This document shows positions 29,295 to 43,692 of a DNA stretch of 64,000 bases, in pieces. The stretch is from Paramecium tetraurelia (taxonomy: Eukaryota). The position numbers were made by a program, and so were the translations under genes. A model generated the notes under the pieces. It saw only the letters and a list, made by a program, of their open reading frames with translations, searched no databases and was not told the DNA's origin. The stretch covers positions 62,001 through 126,000 of the forward strand of contig CT867987.1 of NCBI GenBank assembly GCA_000165425.1. The letters run 5' to 3'. Position 1 is the first letter of the stretch, and each line of letters starts with the position of its first letter.

Positions 29295-30079
29295 TAATTT
29301 TATTAACAAGAAAAGCGCGAAAGAATTTTGTTGTATTTATTAATATATTTTCACTCAAAACTACTAGCATTTTAATAATGTATATATAATTGATTGCTTG
29401 ATTCCCATTCAAAGAGACTCATATATATAATTATATCATGTTTAATTTCCGATTCATTTTACTTTGATATAGCAATAATATTTGAATTATTTAAATACCT
29501 TTGATTTCATGATTATTTCTGATTTCTATATTATTATTAAATTCAAAAGTTTTAGAAACAGGGTCTTAATAAATTCAATTTCATCTTTGAAAATGCTATT
29601 AATAAATGCATACATCTTTAAAATTCAATTCAAATATGTTTTTGTACATTCTAATACCAAAGTAGTTCTGAGAAAATGATTATCTCCGTAACGATATGAA
29701 TACAATTAAATTTACAAAATTGAATAAAAAATCAAGATTAAATAGATATTGAACTTTTTAAATTTGGAATTTTAAATTTAAATCAAGTGACTATTATTAT
29801 ATACTTGCATACTAATTATACTAGATAAGTATTTATAGATTATAAGTAAACATTGCAAATTAAATCAATACCAATTTCAATAATTGGCATGAATTTTAAA
29901 ATGATAGTATTTTAAATCAATCAAATGAATAATCAATTTATATTCCAAACACTACTATGATCATAGAAGGAGGATCCTTGGGAATACTATCAGCTGGAAA
30001 ATTTGAAAATTCAATAATTTAAATGGTATAAAATATGTAGATGGAATTTATTTATGTTTTAATGTATTATGTTAATGTA

Positions 30080-30708
30080 TCAATAGACATTTCCTTCAAA
30101 GGTTTATTTGAACCATTCCATGGCTTCCTTTTTGCTCACTCTTTGGGCAGTTCCGAGTCTTGCATTTCTTGACTTTCTTTGAGCAACTCTCAAACCTGGT
30201 CTGGACAAGACGACATAGAAGTCCATACCGAAAATACCTACGCGATATTTATATCATTAATACCTGTATATGGGTCGTATTTCAATCCCAAATCAATATG
30301 TTCTTGAATACCAAAACCAAAGTTTCCTGATTCAGAGAAATTTCTCTTTTTCAATTCCATTTCCTTAACTCTTAATCCTCTAAATAAGATGTCTTTTGCT
30401 TAATCTCCTCTAATTGTACAGAATACAGAAATCTTTTCATTTCTTCTGATACCAAAGGATCTGACTGTGTATCGTGCCTTACCGAACACAGGCTTTTATC
30501 CTGTTAAATCCTCTAAAACTTTGGCAGCTTTAGTCAATTTATCACCAGACTCACCAGCACAAATGTGAACCATCAATTTTTCAATTCTAATCTTTCTCAT
30601 CACATTTTCCTTAGTTTCTTGTGGTTTGACAACTTTAGCTGGGGCTTAGGCCTTTGCTTCTGGCTTAGCTTATTATGTTTTTCCTCCTTTTGCTTATGGT
30701 TAAGACAT
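30080..30708 (-). CDS. RPL11: 60S ribosomal protein L11 (uL5)
   Basis: [78 protein letters not shown]. One intron. Confidence 0.97.
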
Positions 30709-31053
30709 CTCAAATTTAATTAAAAAAATCTTTATTTTTAAAATCACACATTTAATATTTTTATGCTTGTTATTTTTTCCCTCTCATTATTGAAGGAATG
30801 GAATTGGAAATTGATAAAAACACTTCATTTTGATAATGAGGCTGTAATACAGAGGTTTTAGTTTTTAAGTCTAATTAAATCGAAATAAATATTGATGATT
30901 TTAGATTATGTTTTAGTCTTGAAAATATTAAAAATGAATATGTTTCTCATTAAATAAATAGATTTTGCAATTATATTTATATATTTTATTTTTGATTTGT
31001 ATTTATAAATGTGCTGCTTATCATATTTAATAAAATTATATAATACGTTAAGA

Positions 31054-32352
31054 ATGGGGAATATTTAAGCCTATATAAACTATCACACAGAACTTTCATT
31101 CACATAGGATTTAGATGATTAAATTCACCTTTGCGAGGCGACATCTCATCCTTCATTAGGAAAAATATAAATATGGAAGACTAAAGAAAACTCATCATTA
31201 AAACTATTTTCATTTGTAATTTTTATGAATAAATCTAGACAAGACATATTTATCACTCCGATTCTACTTTATTATAGATTCATTAATAGAGATGTTCATT
31301 GTAACATCCAAATTTACTTTAATACTATGCATGCACATAGACAGAGCCATCATTTTGTGGAAGCGTCGAAAGTTAGAATTTCTTCTTTGAATATCAGCCC
31401 TGCACTCTTTAGAAAGTTTTAGATGAACGAACAGGACCATTTCCAGAAATTGATATATGGAAGGTAAAATTATAAAATATATTATAAAAGTTCTTAGAAT
31501 AATTGGTTGATGTCTTGGATTACTTGGAAGAAAACCAATGTGTTCATGGTAACATTAGTATAGAAAATATTTTTGTAAATGAGGAGAGCACAATTAAAAT
31601 TTTAGATTCTTTTAATAAATAATTAACTGATTATTTATTAAAATAGGATGTTTATGATTTAGCCTCAGTCATAATAGAACTTATGACAAAATAAAGTATG
31701 TTTCAAGTTTTAAAATTTAGAATTTCATAAATAATACAAAGAAACCCTAAAATCCTTAACAGATTAATATTCCCTTTAATTACTATCCATTTTAGCAAGA
31801 ATGCTTAGCAACAACCCAGATAAACGACCTAGGTTTAAAGACTTGTCAGTATCAATCAAAAATAGAGCCACTCAGCCTATTCAAGAGAGTCAAAAGATGG
31901 AATAAGTTTAGCTATCTTTTCATATAAAATAAAACTTGAATGACACAAGCTCTACAAATATATTAGTCTAGAATAACACCTATACATATTTATTGGATAA
32001 TACAATTAATTACTATCCAAAATAAGTGTTTCCTGAACTCAAGTTTCCTATAAATTAAATTTAATTTGTGAAAAAACAGAATCATTTGGTGGGAGTAGGG
32101 CAATTTAAGGTTGATTATTAAGAAAACCAAAGCGATACTGTTGATAGGAATAATAAACCAAGTCTACATGGGTCTTAGGCTTCGACAATAAATAGTCACC
32201 ATAGATCCTTTTTGGAAACCTATAGAGGAAATATTATTGCTACTAAATAGCCATGTTGCTTAAATAAAAAAAATATTTAATAGTAAAATAGCTTGGACTA
32301 AAATATTTTTATCTAAGATGATTTAAATAAAACGAGTTCTACTTTTTACTGA
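31054..32352 (+). CDS. Probable pseudokinase
   Basis: MGN N-terminus; LQHPNLLQYY, FFEY, VHGNISIENIFV (HRD replaced by HGN), IKILDSF (DFG replaced by DSF), QDVYDLA, RMLSNNPDKRP. Introns at 31216-31238 and probably 31464-31490. Confidence 0.75.
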
Positions 32353-33070
32353 TTAACTGAAATGATATTTATGTTTGTTATAAGAAATAATGATTATGAT
32401 TCTCGAACCTATTGGAAAAGACAAAATCTTTAGTGAGCCAAAAGTAAAAGTGTTACTATCTCCATTCCTTCCCTATCAACGATAATTTTTTTCGAATGTT
32501 TTAGTTGTTAATATTTTTTGAAATTTAATTTTAGTATGATTTTGGCTGGTGAAGAAATTGCAACTGTTTTAAAATTCTTTAATTTCATCTAATATTTCTT
32601 TTTAGGGTATTTTGTGAAAAGTGAGGACAGGCTTGAAATATCGAAATAGTTTATATATTTGATTAAAAGGGAAAAATAAAGTTTACAATTCCATTAAACT
32701 TATTTATGTCCATAATAATTTTAAAATTAATTTTTTTTTAATATTTTTCCATGGAACATTTTAACAAACACAATCTTCTTTATTCTTTATTTGAGGAGTC
32801 AAATATAATTTAGATGATTCTACAAAGGATCAAAATGATGATCAAAAATCAAATTTTTGTTTGTAGAGTTTGAGATTATATTAGCTCTCCATTTTATCCA
32901 TCTAAAGTGCGATTCTCCAAGTTGATCTAAAAATAGCACAAATGACATTTATAAAAAAGAAATATATATTTCATTGAGGAAATTGGCAATCAAATTTGAA
33001 TCAATACTCATTAGTGTTAAATAATAAGTATATTAAGAATCTTAATATTACGATAAATTAATTTCACTAA

Positions 33071-36000
33071 ATGAATTTTTAACTTTTATATGAAAAACTA
33101 AAATCTTAATTATATAAATTATATTACAATAAAGCTATGAAACAATACCTTAAGAAAATACTTCACTTGAGACTAGCAGAGTTATTAGATCATCTATATT
33201 TTCACGACATAAAGTCCTAAATAAATATAATGATAATAGCAATATTTTTAATGTAAAAGCTATATCTCCTATTTTGGCCTTCATAATCTCAGACAAAACA
33301 CTCAGATGTATTAATAATATTATGTTTTAGGAAGTTTACTTAAATATTAGTGGATCCCTTTTTTCTTGGATTACTTTTTAAAAACCATTAGAAATGATAA
33401 ATTCAGTCCAATTAAATATTCTTATTAGCGTATTATATACATTTCTACATTCAACCATGTTCATAGTTTTTTGCTTTTCCCTATATAATTGGTAAATAAT
33501 TTCAAAAGTTTTTACATTTTATATTTCATACTTTTAGTTGTTAATCTTATATCACACTGAAATACATCATCTAAATTAAAAGTTTGATTTGCCAATTACT
33601 GTACCATTGGGTGTATAACTTTACATTAACTACTTGATTATTGTTTATTGTTCGCGTAATTACTTTATCATTTCATAACAACATATGCTTAGACGATATT
33701 CATTTTATAATTATCTAATTGTACTTGCCGATTTTTTATATTTTATTACGTTTTCACTATGCTCTGATTATGTATCCAAATATTCATTGTTGTTGCTGAG
33801 TTTTGTATACTTTATAGATGCCATTATTATGTAACCATATTGCATTAAAATAAATGTACTTATCGATAATAATAATTATAGCTCTTTTACATAGGAGCAA
33901 CATCAGTTTTTCTTATATCAGTAGTTATTAGGATAGCACTTTGGTAGGAGTCTTTATACACTCAATTTTATACTATTAGCTTGATAGTACCTCTCTGTTC
34001 CTATGTCCTTATGAAAATTTATTCAACTATTTGCGACAATATATTCCAGTAAAAGCTTTCAATATCCTTAATCCTACATTTAGGAGAGATAATTAACCAC
34101 CATAATTAAACTTCAATCTAAAAGGGAGTGGGAGACTATATAATAAAACAGTTTATAGATGTGTAGACTTTGAATGTTTAAAGTATACTTCAATTGCTAG
34201 AGTTTCATTTAAGAAATTTAGAGAAAACTGGTGATTTGGAAGAAATCTAGTTATATAGAATCCTATTAAAGCATGAAATTTAGGGAACTTATTTATAAAG
34301 CTTATTGGAGACAAAAAGATACTAGATTCAAAATAGAAAACATTCATTGTTTTTTAAAACAATTGGATTTTTAATTAGTAAAAAGTACGATTAATAGATT
34401 TAAGATTTGTATTCAGGTGAGAGTAAGTCTGCCTAAAATCATCATTATTAAATTATTAAGATCAAGGAGACTGATAATTTATTTTAAAATTACGTTGGCC
34501 TATTCACTAGTTTACTTGAGTAAAAGATATACATTTGGAATTAATTATAATAGGGGTATGATAAAATAGAGAACACTGTAAACGATTTAACTAAAATGTA
34601 TGAGATCCTTAATAAATTGAATTACTAAATTCTTTCAATTTTAGAACCTTAGGAGATGGGATAAATCTTAAAAGTGTAAACATTAAAAAGATTCAATATT
34701 GTAGAATTAAGATTGCTATCTCTTTACTATTCTTTTCTATTAAATGATTACTAGTAAACTAAAAATGTTGAAATCTACATTGAGGAATTGATAAGAATGG
34801 AAAACAATTAAATCACTTCATCACTTTTAAATTTAAATATCTTGAATAATGATTAAATTATTATTAGTTCCAGTATTTTAGAATAAACAGGAAAAATGAT
34901 CAAATCTAATACTGAAGAGATTAGTAGATTTTTTGGATATGATGAAAATTATAAAAAATAGAATCTTACTCTTATTAATTTGTATATGCCAAAGTTTATC
35001 AGTTAAGATCATGATAAATTTATTTAGAAGTTTATAAATAAAGGAAATTCAACTTTATACAATTAAGGAAAATAAGTTTTTTGTAAAGATTATGAAGGAT
35101 TCATATTTCCGATAATGTTAAGCTTTTTGCATATAAATGAAAAATCTGAAGACTTTATCTTGACAACGTCTTTGTAAAAAATTAAGTCAAATTAAGATTA
35201 TATTCTTTTTGACTAAAATGGAAAAATCTTAGGAATTTCTAAGTATGCTTATTCTATTTTAATCAACAGTCAGACTCACAATGGTTCCACTTAATCATTT
35301 TAATCGGCAATAGATTAATCTATTTATGAATGTTATATATAATTTTGGATTCCTAATGTAGATACCTTAATTTAGAATTCTAACTTTGATCATGATAAAG
35401 GTTAAATTAATTAATTGATTCTTGAATTATCAATATTAGCGAACTTCATGCAATATTTATATTATTTTAAATAATACCAAAATATTAATCCTCATTTTAG
35501 TAAAGAGGCCTCTTATTTTCAGGAATTCTTGCAATATTTTAAAAGATAATTGTCTAATCAATCCTATATGATTAGTGTTTTTTAGTATGAAGTTCAAATC
35601 TAAATGCATCTATTGCCTACTGGTTAATTCTACTACATTTGCAGCATGTCAAAATAATAAAAGGATGTTTAATCGATGCTCAGTTTTGATAAAGAAGCAT
35701 CAACGTATTAGGAAGAGTTAATGAACAAATAATATCATGATCGTGCTCAAACTCCAATTATACAAATATCGCCAAAATTAATTACAGAACTAGAAAAAAG
35801 CACTGAAATGGCACTATTAACTAATAGAGTGATAGAAAAGCAATAATTGATCAAAGAAATAACTACAGATAGAAAAGATGAATAGGTGTTATCTAATAGA
35901 AACAGTTAATAGATTATTAATAAGCATAATAGCAGCTAGTATGAAAGACAAAAAAGTGATGCTATAATAGAATTTGATGATTAAAAAATATCATAATCAA

Positions 36001-38012
36001 GTCGACAGCCAAAAAATACTAACTCTTAGGTGTAGGATTAAATCAGAGACCTATAACAAAATAAAGGGTAATGTGTTTCTATTAAAAAGATTTGGATTAT
36101 TACTACATTCCTATATTTTAGTATATATTTATTGGTAGTGGTAATGTTAAGCATTTTATCTTTACAAAATTAATTGTTATAATACGATATTGATTTGGTT
36201 AAAATCCCCGATTAATTCAATAGACTCTATTGTTCATTTGCTACTATAGGATAAATGGATTTAGAAAGGTCATTATTGGGGAAAGATTACGGACCGTATC
36301 TAAGTTACAGAAATATAAATGATGCTAAAAGTATAAGAAATGAAATGGAAAGTATGATGACAAATTTAAAAAACAGATTCTCTATTTTAGAAAATGAGAA
36401 CAGACTGTAAAATCTAACTGTTAGAATTCCAACTCAGTTTAACTATAATGAATTAGTAGTAACAATAATATAATTTGACATGATTGCTGATATTTATACT
36501 GAAGAATTATATTAACACATTGTTCAAAGTTTTAATGACTCTTTAATTAATAGGCTTTCACTTATAGATCAATACTATAAACTTTAATTTCTCAAAGCTA
36601 ATCTTATCAACCAAATAATCTCATCTTAAAATTTAATAAATGAAATTGTTGTTGAGATTTAAAACTCACAAGGTATAACTATGACGATACTCTATATTTT
36701 ATTGAGTTTTAAGTTATGTTTTGTATCAGGAGGCATCTTTTGTTTAATCTAATTATGGAAAAAACCTTTTTCAATAATTTAATTGTAAGTCAAGCTCTTA
36801 AGTTATATATCTGAAGAGTAAATTAAATTGAGTATCAGTGCAGCTAAAGAAGCAAAATAATTAATTTTTCATCCCTATAGATGGAAAAGAACCAACTATT
36901 TGATTGAATGCTATCAAAAAACTGTTGTTTAGGATCAATAAGGCATTCTTACTAAAGTGTAAAATAATATGGCTGCTACCAAAAAGAATAAATAGAATCT
37001 ATAATTGCTTGACTACTAATTTAATTATTTAAGTATATATCTCAAAAATTTCATGTATCTTATATTACTTTTAAGCTTTATATTATCAAGTTTTTTGTAT
37101 ATGAAGTATGGCATAGATTCAAGTTAATAAGAAATTTCACTCACAATTTAATTTGTTTAATTCAAATAGGACTTGGATTCCTTGGTGATTTTAAGTTAAC
37201 TAATAAAAACTAATTCAATTTTATCAGGGAAAGTCCGTGAGTTGGGTTTTCTAGATTTAAATCCTGAACTTTTGGATCCAAATAAATATTTTCATACATT
37301 GGAAACCGAATTATTAGATTAATTCAAAATAAAATCAGAGAAAGCTTAAGAAGTTAACTAATATATTTACTAAAGTATAATAAATTCTAAGAAAATATCT
37401 ACTAGTGATAAATAAATACTCTAAGCCTTATATTAGGAGGACTTATGTTCTGTGATGGCAGAGGAACTTCCATTTTGTAATTTCACTAATAATTAATTCT
37501 ACTATTTCCCAGATTATCCAACTCCAAATAATGGAGATAACAATAGAGAAATCTTTAGGAATGGAATTAATGGCATTTTTTAAAAGTAAATATAAAATTC
37601 ATATAATAGATTATTAGTGATCCTTTAATCCTATTACTAATAAGAATTGCAAGGACTCAGAAATACTGATTAAAATGAAACTGAATATTTGTTATCGACC
37701 CCAGAATTTAAGCATTATATTTAAGAATACTTTTTCGACATTAACAAAGCTGTTGTTAAGTTTTATGATACTATTTTAGGATCAACAATTGATATATTAC
37801 AAAATGACTTGATAAATGCTCAATTCTATTATTTAATCTTTGGAATATCTGTTCTAGTTGTTTAGGGTACTTTATAAATATAAAATTTGTCCAAAATACA
37901 AAAACTGGTCTAAGCTAGTAAATTTGCATTTATTTTGATGCCTTAGGAATCTCTAACTGAAGCTAAATGTATAGCTATAATCAAATCAATCATATATTAA
38001 TATGAGCTATGA
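33071..38012 (+). CDS. Large multi-TM PAS-domain protein (TmcB/tiny macrocysts-like)
   Basis: N-terminal TM bundle; PAS segment FFGYDE..INLYMPKFISQDHDKFIQKF..VFCKDYEGFIFP; further TM blocks; C-terminal ILMPQESL. Confidence 0.75.
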
Positions 38013-38235
38013 TTAACTTTAAAATATATGTAATTATGCAATTTATTAATTCAAACTTTTAAAAATTTATAATTTTTTTTTTCTTATTACTGAGTTATTT
38101 TATTTTCAGACCAAAATAAATAAACCAAACAAAATGATTATTTTTCTTTATTTAGTTTAAGAAATTCTGGTTCTAAAATATATAAAAAGGTTAATTTACA
38201 ATTTTTTTATAAATAATGTTAATAAATTGATTATT

Positions 38236-39156
38236 TCAAGTATTTATCCTTCCAAAGATATCAAGATTTAACTCAGGTTAACTGATTTTGATCATGCCTA
38301 CAAACTACAACATTTTTGCAAGGGTAGCACCCAAAATAGTGTAACATATTGCAAATCCATATATTACAGCCAGTTTTTGATAATCTTGAAATTATTAATC
38401 ATATTACACTCTAATTTCCATTGACTCAAAACACAAATAACCCAGATTTCAAAGATGTTTGTAGACATTGATAAAATTCCAAATGATAATCCCAAAGTCC
38501 TTTAATTTGCTTTTTGAATACCAATTAATATGGTGCTTGAGATCTTTTATGATAATATTGAAATTTACAGATAAGATTGTTTGATTGTATTATTACATTG
38601 TGATAGTTAGAATTGAAATGAATAATCTGAGATCTTTTAAACTATTATAACAGATCAGCTAAAGTGTGCTTAGAATAAAGTAAATTAAAGAACTAGATGT
38701 AGCATTAGTTAAATATTAAAGAGCATCCATCTAATTTTTTATTTTATGTCCCAGTCTATTGGCAATCAATAAAGCTAAATTTCACTTTATTTATACACAA
38801 AATAATTGGGAATTCAGAAATTGTAAAAGTCAGAACAACTAACCACACATCTGTGGTTTCATTAGTATCTTTGTTGTATTTATAATAGAATAAAGACAGT
38901 TTAAATTATTCCCAGATCTGAATGATACTTATTACAGCACTGGCAGCAGCTGAAATAAGAATTACATCAGTTTTACACACATCTTTCATAGCTTACAACA
39001 TATTGCTCTTACTGGATATTGGAATCTATTATAATTCTGGGATTTTTTCATAAATATCCTACCTAAATATTGGAAATGATCTATGAATGCATATTGCCAA
39101 AGATAATAGTATTACAAATGGAATCATAGATAATATTAGTTAAATGTTCTTTTCAT
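38236..39156 (-). CDS. Multi-pass membrane protein, unknown family
   Basis: 921-nt code-6 frame starting MKRTFNQYYLMIPFVILLSLAIC, with several hydrophobic helices, ending DIFGRINT-TGA. Confidence 0.6.
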
Positions 39157-39846
39157 ATTTGAGTTTATTCTAATTAAGAGTGACTATTTCTTGGAAGAAA
39201 AATAAAAAGACACACAACAATCGACCACCACATTCAAATTAATAAAATTTTGAAATTTACCTAAAATTTGGTAATAAATCTGTTACTAAGGTATTTCATT
39301 TTAATTGAAATGCTTTGAAATCATTGTTAAAATAATTATGATTTACAATTATTGACCCAGAATTTAAAACCCTATAGCAAAATATAGATAATCCTCTACT
39401 TCTTAATAGATATTTGCTATAAAATAGATATAGGAAACTATTGTTAACCATTATCCTATGAATAGAAAATTTAAATTAAATTAAACGTGATATATAATAA
39501 AACCACTTAAAGCAGGACAAATTATCTTCAAAATTGACATAATTAAATAAAAAAATATCTAGTTCACTTCCTAGTATAAACTAAGATTCAAGTAGTAATA
39601 AGCAATGAAAGTATTCTAAAAATTAGAAAAGTAAATCATCAAAAATAAAAATCTGATTGTGGATTGTTTAATCATCAATTAAATATATTATTAATGTAAT
39701 TTTATAATAAACTATTTCCATTTAACATCATTTATTTGATAAATTTGTTATTGGCAATTAGCAAAAATAAACTAAATATTATTGGAATAGCGTGACATTG
39801 ATTCTTCTATTAGTTAACTTAGTGAATACTTTTATTAATTATAAAA

Positions 39847-40171
39847 TCATTTTGAACCAAAATTGGCATCGAGTTTTTTGAGACATTTATTTGTTATACA
39901 TTATATATATTTTTTTGAACTGTTATCATCATTCAAACAATTTTTCATCTAAATTTAACATTTTATTTACATTTTGGGCAATTTCAGTATCATCAAAATC
40001 TTAATTACAAAGTTGAATAACTGAAAAGCAATACTCATCTTAGATACAAGATTAAAGTTCTTATTTGCAAATTGATTTTATGCATGAAAACTAATTCATT
40101 TCTGACTCTCCAACCCTCCTCGAGGATGTTAATATGATAAACAGGTGTGAGAGTAAAATTATCTTGTTCAT
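39847..40171 (-). CDS. Small secreted 8-Cys protein (100 aa)
   Basis: Signal peptide MNKIILLSHLFIILTSS; CIKSICKQELQSCIQDEYCFSVIQLC...CLNDD..IQCITNKC; 22-nt intron at 39949-39970. Confidence 0.7.
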
Positions 40172-40253
40172 AATATTAATAAATTTATAAAAGTACTATA
40201 AAAATACTTAATTGAGTATTGAAATAAAAATGAGGTTTATTTTAATAATTCAA

Positions 40254-41113
40254 TCATCCAGAAAATAGAGTAGCACTTCTTATTTTATTACTAACTTTAG
40301 AAACTACTTCTAAATGAGTTTAGGTTTTTTTGTGCTTTATATCTAAATCTGTAATATCATTATCTTTCTTTACAACATTACCTTCACTCAAGGTGTCTTC
40401 ATCCATTGCTTCTTGTTAGATTTCTAAAGATTTTTGGTTTTCTGAGAATAATGTAGTTCCAATATTATTTTCAAATTAATGAAGGTGTTAAGCAATAGGT
40501 CTCAGATCTTTTTTCTTTGATAAATATTTAAGAAAAGGAATTAATCTTAGAAGACAATCATCATCATCTGAATCAAGATAGGAGGGTATAAGTAATCCAT
40601 TTTCTTGGCATCTATCAAAGGCATTAGGATTATTCTAATATTTATAGGAATTTTTACATCTATGAAAATTATATCCTCCATAGGTCTATCTAGTAATGAC
40701 AAATCTTTGAAGCAAACTCCATTGATAAATTGGCAACTTCCTCGAGCGTAATAATCTGATATCAATCTATTGTTGTCAATGAAGGCTAACACTTTCTCAC
40801 AGTAAACTTCGTAACCTGCAGTAAAGATTATTATTTCGTAATCTCGGCTAGCTTCAATTAAGAATTAATTTAAGTGTGGTCTAGTTCTTAAATAGATTTT
40901 GTATTCTTATCCTTTATGATTTACTTTCAGTAGGGCTTCATGCTAAAAACTATTATTTTCCTTAAACTCGCAATGAACCAAGGTTTCATCTAAATCTAAA
41001 ACAAGCACCTTTTTTTTCGAGTGCATTTTTGGAGATTGAGCAGGCATGTATTATTTTGAAAACTTGCCCCTGAAGTGTTCATAGCAATTTTTGAAAATAG
41101 CCATAATACTCAT
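40254..41113 (-). CDS. SCP/FCP1-like (NIF, HAD family) CTD small phosphatase
   Basis: KKVLVLDLDETLVH, RPHL, EIIIFTAG, KDLSLLDRPMEDIIFID. Confidence 0.9.
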
Positions 41114-41223
41114 AATATAATGTAAAATTAAGTATGAATAAAGGATTGAATATTTTATAAATTAAATCAGAGAAAACTCTCTTTATTCTTACTAAAGAAT
41201 GAAGGAAATCAATATTTAAATAA

Positions 41224-43692
41224 TCATTATTCTGCAAAGCACTTTTCTTCCAATTTTTAAAAATATTCAGCTCTTTCTGCAGAATGAGACCGACTGACTC
41301 TGTGACTTCTATTTTTCTTAATTGTTTATGGTTTATTCCCAGAAATCTTCTAACTAACTTTCTCCTTAGTGAATTAGTTATATGATGAGATAATTTTATC
41401 ATAGTTATAATTAGGGAAGAATAATGGAAAATTGCACATTCTATCGATATTGTTTTCTTCTGAAAAATAAGGGAGCTATCCTTTTGCACTAATTTTAAAA
41501 GGATTTTCATCTTCTTCCTCGTCACAATTTGATCTAATGATAATATTTTAATTTACTGATTCAATTAGGTTTAGAATTCATCTTCGCTTTCGCGGATATG
41601 ATTATATACGAATTTGATTTCATCAGCTACAATATTAGTTAATTGAGAATTAGCTCTCGAGTTGTATTTAATTCTTTTATTCTATCTAATAAATTATTTA
41701 TTAAATAGTTTTAAATGTTATGCTTGATTGTTTTATTCCTCTTTAATTATTTCTAGACGTCTCTCCTGATTTATGGCATAATGAAGTTTTGGGCATTCGT
41801 ATGCGAAATGAGAAGCACTTTGACAAGCAAAACAGCATTATCCTAAAGGAGTATAGTCATTATTAATTTCAACTATGTGTTTATTCATTAAATAAATCTG
41901 GTTTTAATTGCTATTGAGTTTCAATTTTTCAAAGAACTTTTTTTTGTTAAGAATCTAAACATAAACAAAATTCAATGTGTATGCAGAAGCACTCCTTGGT
42001 TTATCAGTAAAGAATGCTAATTCACCAAAGGTAGCCCCACCTTCAATTATTTTTAAACAAGTGATTGTCTTCTAAATACAAATTAGCACTTAGCCTTAAT
42101 TTAGAAAATACAAATTTCTATCTTAGATATTGTTACCATTTTCCTTTTCTATTGGATCAATTCCTTCCAAAAATATACATTCTTCAGGTCCATAAATTTG
42201 CTCTTCCAAAAGATATGGCAATTAAGATAATATTTCCTTCTCAAATTTACCAGAATTAAACAAGGCAGATTATTTAATAAGAGAAGAATTCACATTCTAT
42301 AAGACTTCGTCTTTTAAAGTAGATGAGAGAACTGATAAAGCATCTTTCTCATTCACCTAAGATGATTCGGTTTCATATTTATATTCTAAATATTTTCTTA
42401 CTCTTGCTTACAAATCTTTTGGTATCTCATTAGATTTCAAGAATTAATTTGCTTGTCCAAGTCTTAACCTTATGGTTTTTTCATTAGTGTCTAACTTAAC
42501 AAAGATGCCTCCTATACTATTCATTATGTAAGCAAAAACACAACAAGCCAACAACATGACTATGATACCAAACAATTTCTCAACTGAAGTGACTGGGACA
42601 ATATCACCATATCCAACAGTAGTCATTGTAGCAGTAGCCCAATAAACTGATGCCACGTATTTTATGTACCATTGATTGTCAGCAAGATATTGTAGCATAT
42701 ATAACCAGCTATACCCATTTGAACTATTTTCTTATTCAGCTATGAAATGCCAAATGCAGGCCAGCCAATGTGCTACGAAAAGCATTATAAATGTTAATTT
42801 AAGCAATTAGTAAATGGTTACAACAGATCCACTAATGTCTATATAATCCTCTATTTTATTAAAGAGCTACTTAAGTTTTAACACACGTAGAAGTCTTATA
42901 ATTTTGATTAATCGAAAAAATTTTAAAATTCTAAGTAATTTCATTGTTTATACGAATGAATCCTTTTGAGCTTAACTTTATTCTTAAGTTAACTCATCTT
43001 CATCTACCTGCTCAACACTTGATGTAGCTGCTTCGACAATTAAATCGAATGGAAATGTAGAGACTATGATATTAATCATTATAGATACCTACATCTATCC
43101 AAAACCACCATTTTAAATAGTTTTAAATAATCAATGAACGATCATAAACGTACTAACCTTTATGCTAAAAGGCTGTATTGAAATTAATAAATATATCGAG
43201 AGTGAATACTGCCAAACTAAAAAGATTAAAATCATCTAAGAAAGTTGATTAAATATTAAAAGAAATATCAACTGGCAATATCAAGATGGCTAAAAAGATC
43301 ACCAACATTGTGAATAGATCCCAAACTATTCTTATTCTATCCTCTTAAGTAAATACTTTAATATAAGAACAACTTGGCTATTTTTCTTCCTGCTCCTTTT
43401 TTTGAATCATAACACTCATTTTCCTAGATATTGAAGATCTCTTTGCTTTTTCCTTAATCTTTGCAATCTATGCAAAAGCTAAATCATTTATTATTTTTAA
43501 TTGTCGATCATCAAAAAGTAAATTGATGTCTTCAATTTATTCATCGTTATCTATTTATTAAACAGTAAATTGGTATTTCTTTTTAATTAGAGATTGTTTG
43601 TGGTTTTCAGTTCTAATGCTAAATATTCTTTCATCTCCGATGTCCGAGTTGTCTAAAATTTTACTTGTTCCTCGAGGAGAACTTGAATGCAT
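41224..43692 (-). CDS. Cyclic nucleotide-binding-domain K+ channel (KCNH/HCN-like)
   Basis: RIVWDLF, S4 Arg repeats, AHWLACIW, pore YWATATMTTVGYGDIVP, CNBD FGELAFFTDKPRSASA, zinc knuckle CFACQSASHFAYECP; TGA at 41224. Confidence 0.92.

Noticed and set aside
40254..43692. Channel-CTD phosphatase fusion
   Set aside because: The channel frame ends at TGA 41224-41226, and the phosphatase has its own ATG at 41113 after an AT-rich spacer.
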